Source: a virus. From it: a stretch of DNA of 64,000 nt. The translations under genes were made by a program, and so were the position numbers. The notes beneath the pieces were generated by a model. It made no database searches. It had not been told where the DNA came from and saw only the letters and a program-made list of their open reading frames with translations. This document shows positions 48,223 to 57,079 of this stretch, piece after piece. Position 1 is the stretch's first letter. Each line of letters begins with the position of its first letter. Location: positions 8,249-72,248 of the IMG/VR virus record IMGVR_UViG_3300045988_127105. The stretch is one strand, 5' to 3'.

Positions 48223-48633
48223 TTATAGACTCTCCATCTTACTGGATATAGAAAAATCTGCCTTCCCATTACTGTTTCCTTCCTTACCGCTTTGCTTGGC
48301 GAACACTTGTTGTATAAATTGTTCCAACTCCCTGTTGTGTCGTGCAATTCTTCTTTCCATTCGTTTTACTTTAATAGCATTCAAGAGGGACTGTGTATAC
48401 TTCGGCAAACGACGCATAGCCTCATCAAGCCGCATGTCATAGCTTTTTAACCAGTATAAGACACGACGGTGTTTCACTTTTGTACCCTTTGAGGCATACA
48501 TCCAACCTGCAAGAAAGACCCATCGTCTAAACCAATAAGGATAACGTTTGCGTCTTTTACCTCTACATTCCAGACTATAAAGCTCATAGAAGTCACTCGC
48601 CTTAATTATCTTCTTTGCTAATCTTGCTTTCAT
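48223..48633 (-). CDS. basic hypothetical protein
   Basis: 136-aa ATG ORF (MKARLAKKIIK...). An alternative frame at 48045..48347 overlaps its 3' end. Confidence 0.5.
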   Translation of the reverse strand: MKARLAKKIIKASDFYELYSLECRGKRRKRYPYWFRRWVFLAGWMYASKGTKVKHRRVLYWLKSYDMRLDEAMRRLPKYTQSLLNAIKVKRMERRIARHNRELEQFIQQVFAKQSGKEGNSNGKADFSISSKMESL

Positions 48634-49030
48634 CTTCTTTTCCTTCTTTTGCTTTATTGTCGAACATGTTTCCGATAATTTTCCAAAACCGCAATCGGTC
48701 TCTTACATTCTGAGGAACGACATCTGCCCCCATGTATGGCTTTATACCACTAAGCTTAAATGCTCCATGCTTGAAAACGACAGTAACATGAAATTCGTAA
48801 GCAATACATTTGTGACAAATATAAAGGAGAATGTCCCCCTCGTATATTTCCTTGTCGTCATTATCTTTCAGTCCAGTATATTGCCCGACCGTCTCTGGGT
48901 CAACCTCATACCCAACAACCATTGTACGAGGTTCTAAGCCCGTAGTTGTCACTTTTTTGTTGTGAACCAAGTCACCATATCGCCAAGCGTCTGTGAAGAC
49001 GTCTTTGCCACGAAATTTGATTGTTCTCAT
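48602..49030 (-). CDS. YopX-family protein
   Basis: 142 aa. MRTIKFRGKD...PETVGQYTGLKDNDDKEIYEGDILLY matches the YopX hallmark. Confidence 0.75.
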   Translation of the reverse strand: MRTIKFRGKDVFTDAWRYGDLVHNKKVTTTGLEPRTMVVGYEVDPETVGQYTGLKDNDDKEIYEGDILLYICHKCIAYEFHVTVVFKHGAFKLSGIKPYMGADVVPQNVRDRLRFWKIIGNMFDNKAKEGKEDESKISKEDN

Positions 49031-49035
49031 AATCT

Positions 49036-49329
49036 CTATAAATCCGTTATGTTGTTATTGTTTTCGTCTGAAGCTATTACTTCTGGTTCAAGACTCAATG
49101 TTACCTTAACAGGTTCGTCTTCCCAAGACAAGTTACTAACGTTCCGAGGAACGACAAACCTGATTCTCTCATATTCTCTTACGGTCAATTCGTCATTGCA
49201 GCAATAAATGCCGTTCTTGGATTTACACCAGAATCCATACCACTCGTCACGAAACGGCTTATCCGGAAACAGCACGAGCGTATTGTCTCTATCGCAAGCG
49301 AGCCATAAATACTTTTTGCTTTCTTTCAT
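49036..49329 (-). CDS. hypothetical protein (paralog of the next gene)
   Basis: ATG at 49329 (MKESKKYLW...), 97 aa. C-terminal LSWEDEPVKV parallels LNWNDEPVELK in 49334..49543. Confidence 0.55.
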   Translation of the reverse strand: MKESKKYLWLACDRDNTLVLFPDKPFRDEWYGFWCKSKNGIYCCNDELTVREYERIRFVVPRNVSNLSWEDEPVKVTLSLEPEVIASDENNNNITDL

Positions 49330-49333
49330 AGAT

Positions 49334-49543
49334 CTATTCACTTTTAAGTTCCACAGGTTCATCATTCCAGTTAAGCTCTCGTCCGATAAGCTTCTTTATG
49401 CTGCCATTAGGAAGAAGGAAACCATAGGCTCCGTTTCTATCTTGTGGCAACCAATAGTTGTGCTCAACACAATCACCAGCCCACATATCAGGCTTACAGT
49501 TGAATATCCATTCACCAATATAATCTTTTGCTACCCATACCAT
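49334..49543 (-). CDS. hypothetical protein (paralog of the previous gene)
   Basis: 69-aa ATG ORF. Confidence 0.55.
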   Translation of the reverse strand: MVWVAKDYIGEWIFNCKPDMWAGDCVEHNYWLPQDRNGAYGFLLPNGSIKKLIGRELNWNDEPVELKSE

Positions 49544-49545
49544 GA

Positions 49546-49935
49546 TTATTCCTCCTTAATACCAAAGGGTGTACCATCAGCAAATGTATATTTTTCTAAA
49601 ATGGTGTCAAACGCCCAATATACATTCACGGCGAAATAACAGCGATCCTCCTCAATCTTACAAATAAAAGAATAAACGTCGTCTGTTTTATATTTTACCC
49701 ACCCGAACGGCTCATGCTTTTTCATTTCCTGCCAGCATTCTTCTGCATTAGCAAATGAGCGGTACTTGGGTTCTGGCTTGATGCGGTATTCATGAGATTT
49801 TATATCAAATGTTGGAGTGGCGGTTTCTATCCATTCTCCAGGATTATATTTTGAATTACTTCTAATCTCTATTGTCTTGCCTTCTGCAAATGCCTGTATA
49901 ATAGGCAGCAGTTCTTTCGCTTGTTTTCTGTCCAT
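49546..49935 (-). CDS. hypothetical protein
   Basis: 129-aa ATG ORF. Confidence 0.65.
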   Translation of the reverse strand: MDRKQAKELLPIIQAFAEGKTIEIRSNSKYNPGEWIETATPTFDIKSHEYRIKPEPKYRSFANAEECWQEMKKHEPFGWVKYKTDDVYSFICKIEEDRCYFAVNVYWAFDTILEKYTFADGTPFGIKEE

Positions 49936-50147
49936 TATTTATCCTCCAATTCTTTAAGAAAAACATACACATCTGTAAATGTAAAGTTTTTCAGTTCTTT
50001 ATATCTATTTACTATATCTTCTACAAGATACCATTTGTTTTTAATGATAACTTTCTCACCTATACGAGGAATATTATTGTAAGGGCATGTTTCATATTGC
50101 AATATGGAGTTTTCCTCATCCTCTTTTTTATAAAAAAATACATTCAT
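49935..50147 (-). CDS. hypothetical protein
   Basis: 70-aa ATG ORF. Confidence 0.55.
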   Translation of the reverse strand: MNVFFYKKEDEENSILQYETCPYNNIPRIGEKVIIKNKWYLVEDIVNRYKELKNFTFTDVYVFLKELEDK

Positions 50148-50178
50148 AACAATCCCTCCATGTCAATTATATTCTCCA

Positions 50179-50586
50179 TCATTTTTCATCCTCCAAAAAA
50201 TCAATGTTAAGTTTATACTTCTCTTTTACTTTATTGAATTTGTCCAAGAGGAAAGGATTTTGCAAGATTGCGTCCTTTACTTTCTGAACTGTTCCATTTT
50301 CAACTAATACGATAGTCTTACTACCTGGGCGTTCATCATCTGGAGAATAAGGGACACCGAAACCAATATAAAGAATACCATTTGTTATATAACGGAAAAA
50401 AGTTCCTGTAGCTTCATTTAAAAACTCGTCAGTTATGATTCTGTCTATCTTTTCAAAATCCTTATACTCTTTTCGTGTAAGATGAAAGTTGATTCCCAAA
50501 GGATAATGCCCAACACAGCCATCAGTACCGAAGTATATTATGCGGTTTGGCTGCTTATTATGTTCTACTGGTTCAGATGTTGACAT
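50179..50586 (-). CDS. hypothetical protein
   Basis: 135-aa ATG ORF. Confidence 0.65.
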   Translation of the reverse strand: MSTSEPVEHNKQPNRIIYFGTDGCVGHYPLGINFHLTRKEYKDFEKIDRIITDEFLNEATGTFFRYITNGILYIGFGVPYSPDDERPGSKTIVLVENGTVQKVKDAILQNPFLLDKFNKVKEKYKLNIDFLEDEK

Positions 50587-50588
50587 AG

Positions 50589-50765
50589 TTACAAATTTTC
50601 GATTTTTTCTATAAGTTGTTTACGTGAAAGTCCACTATAGTAATATTCACCATGTACTGTTAGGACGGAACTATTTCCACCGCACCAATCATGGATTTCC
50701 TTGATGTCTGATACTGGAATACTAACAGTATCGCGTGTATCAGAAATTACTTCTATAAACTTCAT
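50589..50765 (-). CDS. hypothetical 58-aa protein
   Basis: Hand-translated as MKFIEVISDTRDTVSIPVSDIKEIHDWCGGNSSVLTVHGEYYYSGLSRKQLIEKIENL. Its TAA lies 2 nt before the next ATG. Below the track cut-off. Confidence 0.5.
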   Translation of the reverse strand: MKFIEVISDTRDTVSIPVSDIKEIHDWCGGNSSVLTVHGEYYYSGLSRKQLIEKIENL

Positions 50766-50788
50766 TGTTCTTCTTCCTTTCTTGGTTT

Positions 50789-50920
50789 TTAATTTTCACA
50801 ACGGCATGTTGCTTCTCCGAAATTGATATTGGCAGGGAAAAAGTGATAATAACTACAATATCCACCAAATAGGTCCGCATAAGGACAGCACGGACAATCC
50901 CCTTGTATTACATTCTTCAT
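50789..50920 (-). CDS. 43-aa Cys-rich micro-protein (candidate)
   Basis: Hand-translated as MKNVIQGDCPCCPYADLFGGYCSYYHFFPANINFGEATCRCEN. Confidence 0.35.
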   Translation of the reverse strand: MKNVIQGDCPCCPYADLFGGYCSYYHFFPANINFGEATCRCEN

Positions 50921-50966
50921 CTTTGTTTATTTATCTCTCCCTGCTGTCACCAGGGAGAGGAGTTTT

Positions 50967-51287
50967 TTATTCTTTAAATCCGTAAAACTTTAACTCGTTA
51001 TACAGAGCTTGTATGTCTCGTTTAACAAGTTCTAATATGTCTTCTTTTTGTCTTATCTTCTCTCTTATAATAAATTCAACATCTCCTTCCCCTATAAAAA
51101 AGTATTTTCTTTTCATTGAGGAAAGGTTTAAACTATCGACATTATGAGTAAAACAGTTAATAGCAAGAATATAATTTCTGTCCTCTGGATGTATCATTAT
51201 GTACTTCCATCTACACAATTCTCCGTCTACTATTTCTGTTATTTCACAATTTGCTGTGAGTTGTAATATGTCTTTGAATCGTTCCAT
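50967..51287 (-). CDS. hypothetical protein
   Basis: 106-aa ATG ORF. Confidence 0.6.
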   Translation of the reverse strand: MERFKDILQLTANCEITEIVDGELCRWKYIMIHPEDRNYILAINCFTHNVDSLNLSSMKRKYFFIGEGDVEFIIREKIRQKEDILELVKRDIQALYNELKFYGFKE

Positions 51288-51306
51288 AAATTTATTTATT
51301 TTATTC

Positions 51307-51795
51307 TTACTCAGTTACCAATTCCCAGTCTTCTGCAAACACATCGCTTGACGATGGCACCCATGAGTCAGCACGTCCATCGGGGTTTATGATAAGCATC
51401 TGATTGGTGTAGTCGATATGTGGTTCTTTGCGAGCCATAATGATGTCCTTGGCAGACTGAGGAAGCGACTGCATGTTAGGAATGATGTCACCAGTGATAT
51501 GAGAAGGAACCTGCTTCACAATAAACAATCCCTTACCATTCCATCCCTTGCGTCTTACAGCAAGACCAGCCTTCAGTAAGTTAATAGCACCACCGAAGTT
51601 AACAGAACCTACTTCACGATAGGCTTCCTCAAACACACTCTTAGGAGACCAAGACTTATATCCGTCTTTGTACTCTACTAAGTAGCCATCTTCCTCAACG
51701 GTTGCTGGCTTCAGTTCTCTACCAAGCACTTTCTGTGCTTCTGTCATAGTCATAGGCTCTGCCATAATGACCTTCATACCAATAAACTTTTTCAT
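51307..51795 (-). CDS. DUF2829-domain protein (Tad2-like family)
   Basis: ATG at 51795 (MKKFIGMKV...), 162 aa. The C-terminal half, FGGAINLLKAGLAVRRKGWNGKG...INPDGRADSWVPSSSDVFAEDWELV, carries the DUF2829 hallmarks (GWNGKG and W-x-P-S-x-x-D-x-x-AEDW). Confidence 0.7.
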   Translation of the reverse strand: MKKFIGMKVIMAEPMTMTEAQKVLGRELKPATVEEDGYLVEYKDGYKSWSPKSVFEEAYREVGSVNFGGAINLLKAGLAVRRKGWNGKGLFIVKQVPSHITGDIIPNMQSLPQSAKDIIMARKEPHIDYTNQMLIINPDGRADSWVPSSSDVFAEDWELVTE

Positions 51796-51806
51796 ATTAT
51801 TTATAT

Positions 51807-52469
51807 TTAATCCCATAAGGGAATGGTTAGTTCGAACTCGTAGACGAAGACGTAGGGGTTGCGCTTCCATGTGCCTTTTCCTGCGATCTTGTCAATGAGC
51901 AGGGAGTATGGTTTTTTGGCTGTCCCATAGGTGGCAGATTCATCTGTGATGCTGTAAAAATGCGCCTTGTTTATTCTGCTCTCAAAATCCACGATACCCT
52001 CAGCCAAACAATCCTCTTCGCTGATGTCTTGCAGACGCTCGATACGAATGTTGGTGATGCGGATGCGGTTCGGCATGAGGTCTGCCTTAACGAACATTTT
52101 GTTTTTGCAACCTTTCTCGAATTTAATACACTCTAATGGCATCCCATGAATGCCACAAAGTCGATAGAACTCATCATTGTCTGCAAGGTCTATGTATCTT
52201 TGCGCAATAGCTACATTTTCTCCAACCTTGTATAGTGAATGTTCCAAGGCGTAATCAAGCATTTCTTTCAGTTCTTCACCCTCTGCTTTATAAAGTCGGT
52301 CTTTACAAGATTCCTTTCAATCAGCAATAGATTCTTTTGTCCAACCTTCGTACGTATTCAAACGCTCGAAAAGCATTGTAGGATTCAGAATACGCCTTGT
52401 CTGCGTCTTGCGACCTTCAAGTACGGCTTGGGTGAGTCCGTACCTGTTGTTGAACATGATTTTCTTCAT
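51807..52469 (-). pseudogene. ASCH-domain gene interrupted by one in-frame TGA
   Basis: The N-terminal 50 codons (ATG 52469; ...GLTQAVLEGRKTQTRRIL...) run into TGA at 52317-52319. The same frame continues into the 151-aa ORF 51807..52262 (...RIERLQDISEEDCLAEGI...). Confidence 0.7.
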
Positions 52470-52501
52470 AATTACATTCCGTTAATATGAATTACTTTTT
52501 C

Positions 52502-52687
52502 TCACTTGTGATACTCGTTCTTAATTGGTTCAACCTTGAATCTTTTATAGGATTTACTTCCCATAAGCTCATTATCATTGCCGAGGCCGAGATAATCCTC
52601 GACAATTTCTTTGACTTCATCTTGTGTGTAATCATCACCTTCTTCAAGAGTGATTGTTACCTTGAATGAATATTGTTTCTCCCTCAT
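52502..52687 (-). CDS. hypothetical protein
   Basis: 61-aa ATG ORF. Confidence 0.5.
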   Translation of the reverse strand: MREKQYSFKVTITLEEGDDYTQDEVKEIVEDYLGLGNDNELMGSKSYKRFKVEPIKNEYHK

Positions 52688-52716
52688 TCTCTAATACTTT
52701 TAGTGCTTTGTTTAAA

Positions 52717-53106
52717 TTATACTTTAAGTTCCGCGTCCAAGCCCAGTGCCCAAAGTATATGCTGTAGCTCGTGGACGTTATTTGCAACATTAAGTTTTAC
52801 ATAAAGTCCATCAGTAGTGCGTTTTAAGAAAACTCTTATACCATTTTCATATCCAAACTCTACTGACAAATACATGTATTTACTAATCATCATAAAGTAC
52901 CATCCTTCTGTTCTCTTCTTCCAACCGTTCTTTTCGAGGATTTCGGGAGTAAGAGGAATAGGCTCTAACAGGACATGTTCTACACATATTTGGTCTTTCC
53001 CATCAGCAAAACATACTAAGCCATCAGCATGTGTTGCCAGTATTGTAATAATATCCTTTCCGTACCTTACAAGGTCTCCTATCCTCAAGTCTTCTGCTTT
53101 AATCAT
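52717..53106 (-). CDS. hypothetical protein
   Basis: 129-aa ATG ORF. Confidence 0.65.
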   Translation of the reverse strand: MIKAEDLRIGDLVRYGKDIITILATHADGLVCFADGKDQICVEHVLLEPIPLTPEILEKNGWKKRTEGWYFMMISKYMYLSVEFGYENGIRVFLKRTTDGLYVKLNVANNVHELQHILWALGLDAELKV

Positions 53107-53305
53107 TTGTCACCTCCTTTCCCATTTCCTCAAGCTTTTGTTCGTAAATTTGGATTATTACGTTTTGCTTGTCGATAGTCTTTACGGCATCTTCAAAATG
53201 CTCGAGGAGACGGTTGTAAGCACTCAGTCGGCCAACTTTAAAGAACGCATAGAAGAGAGCTATGGTGATAGAGAGGCTGGCGATGATTTTTAATATTTCT
53301 ATCAT
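53099..53305 (-). CDS. small membrane-anchored protein
   Basis: 68 aa with a hydrophobic N-terminus. Confidence 0.5.
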   Translation of the reverse strand: MIEILKIIASLSITIALFYAFFKVGRLSAYNRLLEHFEDAVKTIDKQNVIIQIYEQKLEEMGKEVTND

Positions 53306-53314
53306 AAGCTTAAC

Positions 53315-53566
53315 TTAGAATTTTTCTCTGATTTTCTGATATTGTTTAACGAATTTCTTTTCCGTAACCCACTCGCTGTATCGTGTGCGATAGTAAGTCT
53401 TGGGTTTGCCTGATACCAAGCCGTTCTTGTCGCGAGGGGTATTGACGCTCTTGTATATCTTCGGAACGATGTCGGTGGACTGGTATGCCGTAATGTATTC
53501 GTCCTCGAAGGCTATGTGTGCGGTCTCACGGAACTTGACGTTTTCGAGAGAGAAGGGGCAGCTCAT
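53315..53566 (-). CDS. hypothetical protein
   Basis: ATG at 53566 (MSCPFSLENVK...), ATGA-coupled to the upstream gene's stop at 53563. Confidence 0.55.
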   Translation of the reverse strand: MSCPFSLENVKFRETAHIAFEDEYITAYQSTDIVPKIYKSVNTPRDKNGLVSGKPKTYYRTRYSEWVTEKKFVKQYQKIREKF

Positions 53567-54285
53567 TCGCTGCCTCCTTCCGTGTATGGGTCTGTTGTGC
53601 CAAGCAGGTGTTCGTTTGCCTCGTAGGGGATGCAGTAACGATAATGGGTGTTTATACAAACATAAGGATAGTATTTATCATCCTCATTATAATGTGAGAA
53701 AAAGTTAGCGTACCATAAATCTCCTTCTTCGTCCCTCACAAGCACCTTGTCAAACGGCTTGTACGGACATTCGGGCTTTACAGGCTCTACTTGCAGAGTG
53801 TCGGGATTGTAATTGCCACCAAAGAACTTTTCCATGTCGGAGATAAATTTGTCACGTTGTTCGTCACTTGCCTTGACAAAGTCATCTGTAGAAAGGACCC
53901 TTTTGTCTCTTTTTGCAAATCCCCCTTTTTTTAATTGAAAGACAGAAGCTTTGAAAGAGGTGTAAGAATCGTCAGTCCATTCTTCGACAAGAACTCCACA
54001 ACCATTGAATGAATGTATAGCCACGTCCCCTCGCTTGAAGAACTTGCTCCAGTCGCGCATTTCTGAGGAGGGAAAGAGGATGCATTCTGCAGAGTGGTAT
54101 TGTTCATAAAGTCGACCATCTGAAGTAAATGTACCAGTGCTATCAATACCAATAGTTATATTTATTGGATATGTATAATTACTGTTCACTTTCAAAAGTT
54201 CTATCTCGCCATATATCGGTGAGTACAGCTTCATCCCCTTCGGGCAGTCCTTCAATATCTCTGCTATATTAATCTTGTTTTCCAT
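53563..54285 (-). CDS. hypothetical protein
   Basis: 240-aa ATG ORF. Confidence 0.7.
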   Translation of the reverse strand: MENKINIAEILKDCPKGMKLYSPIYGEIELLKVNSNYTYPINITIGIDSTGTFTSDGRLYEQYHSAECILFPSSEMRDWSKFFKRGDVAIHSFNGCGVLVEEWTDDSYTSFKASVFQLKKGGFAKRDKRVLSTDDFVKASDEQRDKFISDMEKFFGGNYNPDTLQVEPVKPECPYKPFDKVLVRDEEGDLWYANFFSHYNEDDKYYPYVCINTHYRYCIPYEANEHLLGTTDPYTEGGSE

Positions 54286-54321
54286 TGTTGTAATTTTTAT
54301 TGTAAAACATTTCCGTAAATT

Positions 54322-54570
54322 CTATTTTCCCGTTGGTATTTCTTCGTCAGTTCCATGCGTGATCGAATCATATTGTCTGCAAATCTGCTTGTACACCAGC
54401 TTGCGCCATTCGTCAGCAGACTTGCCGTTTAGACTGTCAGCATACTCTTTGATAATAGTCAGAGCCTGATATGCGCCAAAGTAAGCACTATTTAAATTGC
54501 TCTGATGTATCTCTTTTTCTGTCACTCCACCAAGAAGGTGTATGAGCCATGTCTTGATTTTCTTCTTCAT
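54322..54570 (-). CDS. hypothetical protein
   Basis: 82-aa ATG ORF. Confidence 0.55.
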   Translation of the reverse strand: MKKKIKTWLIHLLGGVTEKEIHQSNLNSAYFGAYQALTIIKEYADSLNGKSADEWRKLVYKQICRQYDSITHGTDEEIPTGK

Positions 54571-54815
54571 AGTTGTATGTTTCCCCTTATGAAAGGTTGT
54601 GAGGATTGAGTCCTTAGAAGATGGACTTTGACTAACTTGTGTACAGCACGTGGCTGCGCCTTGTTAAAATCATTAACTATACGACGTTCAAGTTCTGTGT
54701 GCCATACAGGTTTATCTGTGCCAGGAAGAGTGTTTTCGGCACGGACTCGCTGACCGTTGTCAAAAGTGAGGATAGCTGTGCGCTGCTCACGAGGTACAAA
54801 TGGATTGTGTTTCAT
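54567..54815 (-). CDS. hypothetical protein
   Basis: 82-aa ATG ORF, ATGA-coupled. Confidence 0.55.
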   Translation of the reverse strand: MKHNPFVPREQRTAILTFDNGQRVRAENTLPGTDKPVWHTELERRIVNDFNKAQPRAVHKLVKVHLLRTQSSQPFIRGNIQL

Positions 54816-54928
54816 TTCGCACTCCTTTCTGAAGATTGTATCGTTTTGTTATTTTTTACTTTGATGTTTATAGGAGTATCTTCTTTGAAGTATTCCCATG
54901 ATAATCTTCCTTCATTACTCTGTCGTTT

Positions 54929-55576
54929 TTATCGTTTCTTTACATTCTCATACAGCTCCACGATTTCCTCGTCTGTCAGCTCACCTTCCTTGTCCAGTCC
55001 ATACAGAAAGAATTTCTCCTTTGATATGGACGTCACACCTGCCTGTGCTGCAAACACCGATATACCTCTTAGTGTGCCCGTCTTGCGGAATATGTCCACT
55101 ATCTTTCGCACGTAGGCGATGAAGTTTTGTGTCTGCTTGTCGTAGACAATTCTGCAATCTTTCGTCGGCTCATCTTTGTCTGACGGTTCTTCTGCACTGC
55201 TGTCAAACAGTTCCTCTATAGCGCCGATATTCAACCCAGCCTTGCGCAATTGGTTGCCGTACGCCTTTAAGCTGCCGCACAGTTGCTTCACTACCTCCAC
55301 CGTATAGCGTGCGCCCTTCAGTTTCTCATACTCTTGGTTGAGATTGTCGTACTGTTTTTTCAGGTGCTTGTATTCGCCCTCAATGGCGCTTTGCTTGTTC
55401 TTCGCCTCCATACGCTCAAGCATATTGCGATAGAGCACGTCCTTCTGCTCTACGAGCATGTTCAGACGTTCGTTCTCCTTTTTTAGCTCATCGCGCTCTG
55501 CCACCACCTTGTCGTAGTTGCGCAGTATTATACGTGCCTGGTCTATAGGCGAGAGGTCTTTGTTCATTGTTGCCAT
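54929..55576 (-). CDS. coiled-coil protein
   Basis: 215-aa ATG ORF. Confidence 0.7.
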   Translation of the reverse strand: MATMNKDLSPIDQARIILRNYDKVVAERDELKKENERLNMLVEQKDVLYRNMLERMEAKNKQSAIEGEYKHLKKQYDNLNQEYEKLKGARYTVEVVKQLCGSLKAYGNQLRKAGLNIGAIEELFDSSAEEPSDKDEPTKDCRIVYDKQTQNFIAYVRKIVDIFRKTGTLRGISVFAAQAGVTSISKEKFFLYGLDKEGELTDEEIVELYENVKKR

Positions 55577-55589
55577 AATTGTAATAGTT

Positions 55590-55886
55590 TTATTGCTTAT
55601 TGTTATTCGATTCTACTATGCAACTCAGCTGTTCCACCTGTTGCTGCAACTTAAACATCTCCTTGCTCGCATGGTCTCTCTCCATTCTTGCCTCTGCTAC
55701 AAGTACCGAACCTACAGCCACACTCGCTATCAGCACCACTGCTACGCATACCCACGGTAGTCTATGTGCAAATGTGTTCACGTCCTTACAGGCTCCCTTA
55801 GCAAAAGCCCAACCATACTTCAATGTGTACATGCCAGCCTCCTTCGTACTGACATTATCCACAAAGTCTATTCTTGTTGTCTTCAT
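55590..55886 (-). CDS. single-pass membrane protein
   Basis: 98 aa with the TM segment LPWVCVAVVLIASVAVGSVLV. Confidence 0.6.
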   Translation of the reverse strand: MKTTRIDFVDNVSTKEAGMYTLKYGWAFAKGACKDVNTFAHRLPWVCVAVVLIASVAVGSVLVAEARMERDHASKEMFKLQQQVEQLSCIVESNNNKQ

Positions 55887-55903
55887 ATTTCTTTATGTTT
55901 TAG

Positions 55904-56506
55904 TTATTTTCTTAATGATTTCCCCCTGAACACGATTTTCTTAGTTATCGCCCTCAGTCTGTCTACGGTTCGCTCCCCATATTTCTCCACCATCTTCTCT
56001 TGCGACAGATTGGTCGTAAACATCAGCAGCTTGCCTTTCTTTTCCGCCTCGTCTACAATGTCTGGGAACCTGAGGTTTCTGTTGCCATAATTTACATCCA
56101 CCGATTCCTTGCCCACATCATCTATATATATAATGTGTTTCTTCACGATGTCGTCGAATTCACTGTTCAAGTCTTTCGCGTCATATAGAGAGATTGTTTT
56201 GCGAGGGAAGTGATAAAAGTTAAACAGCACCGGGAGAATCTTTGCGCCTATCAGCGTCTTGCCTCTTCCACACTCGCCACAAAGCCACAGGCCACGCCCC
56301 TTGTTGTCCGTCAGCCATTCCGCCACTTCCTCGTATTCCGGCTGCCATACAGCGCCCTCACCGCAATAGTATTTCAGCCCGTTATACAGCAACAACTTTG
56401 CGTTGTCAATGTGTATGCTTACCTTCTTCGGCGACCCAAAGAAGCCTGTACCTTGCAGCGCCAGCTCGTATTCCTCCCACACGGTTTTTATGTCTTTTCC
56501 TACCAT
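55904..56506 (-). CDS. DnaC/IstB-like AAA+ helicase loader
   Basis: 200 aa. Walker A GECGRGKT, Walker B IIYIDDVG, and a C-terminal ...YGERTVDRLRAI...FRGKSLR pattern. Confidence 0.8.
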   Translation of the reverse strand: MVGKDIKTVWEEYELALQGTGFFGSPKKVSIHIDNAKLLLYNGLKYYCGEGAVWQPEYEEVAEWLTDNKGRGLWLCGECGRGKTLIGAKILPVLFNFYHFPRKTISLYDAKDLNSEFDDIVKKHIIYIDDVGKESVDVNYGNRNLRFPDIVDEAEKKGKLLMFTTNLSQEKMVEKYGERTVDRLRAITKKIVFRGKSLRK

Positions 56507-57078
56507 GTTTCTTCGTTTTTAAATTCGTCCTCCTCCTTATGATACACCATTCCGATGTCCTGCGAAGCCTTACGCGACAATTTCCTCTCGTCATCGTTCT
56601 TCTTCCACCTTGCCAGTCTCTTTGCTACCTCAAACGTTTTCTCTTTCTCGAATCTCATCTTCCTTCCACCTTCTTTAGTCTCAGTCCAATAGTTGTAAAA
56701 CTCAACAAGCATCGGCCTTGGGTAAGTTCCGCTGAAAGGTTTGAGCTGCATTCCAAACGCCAACTTTCTGTCTTTAAGTTCCTGCTCGGGTGTCCGTTTG
56801 GTGTCCGTTTGGTGTCCGCTGACGCTATCTAATCCCTTGGGTTTCAGTGAGATAAGTGTCCGTTTGGTGTCCGTTTGGTGTCCGTTGGTATACAAAACCT
56901 TAAGATCATACAGTTCCGTGAGATACCTGCTTGTCGTTGGTCTTGTAAGTCCAAAGCGCTCGCCCAATTCCTTCATTGACACGTCACATTCACCAGCCTT
57001 ACCGCATTTTCTCTTGATGTAGATGTACATGCCTATCTTCACCAAGTCAAGGTCAAGTATCTCATCGGGAATAGTCAT
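56500..57078 (-). CDS. replication initiator/organiser (lambda O-like role) with an N-terminal winged-helix segment
   Basis: 192 aa. HTH-like MKELGERFGLTRPTTSRYLTELYDL. Contains six 11-bp iterons in its own coding DNA. Overlaps the loader gene by 7 nt. Confidence 0.65.
   Translation of the reverse strand: MTIPDEILDLDLVKIGMYIYIKRKCGKAGECDVSMKELGERFGLTRPTTSRYLTELYDLKVLYTNGHQTDTKRTLISLKPKGLDSVSGHQTDTKRTPEQELKDRKLAFGMQLKPFSGTYPRPMLVEFYNYWTETKEGGRKMRFEKEKTFEVAKRLARWKKNDDERKLSRKASQDIGMVYHKEEDEFKNEETW
56789..56886. repeat. iteron array: two triplets of the 11-bp direct repeat GGTGTCCGTTT
   Basis: Copies at 56789, 56800, 56811 and at 56855, 56866, 56877. The triplets are 66 bp apart. The region encodes GHQTDTKRT twice. 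Confidence 0.85.
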
Positions 57079-57079
57079 A

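Noticed and set aside
48045-48347. 100-aa minus-strand ORF overlapping both 47816..48076 and 48223..48633.
   Set aside because: It cannot coexist with both neighbours, and no motif favours it. A frameshift or mis-called boundary in this AT-rich stretch is possible, but I cannot resolve it from the sequence alone.
51807-52469. The in-frame TGA might be evidence of genome-wide stop-codon reassignment (TGA recoding), served by the tRNA-like element.
   Set aside because: TGA terminates well-bounded genes elsewhere (5484..6089, 42874..44070). No other gene needs TGA read-through. The tRNA-like element has no UCA anticodon in a loop context.
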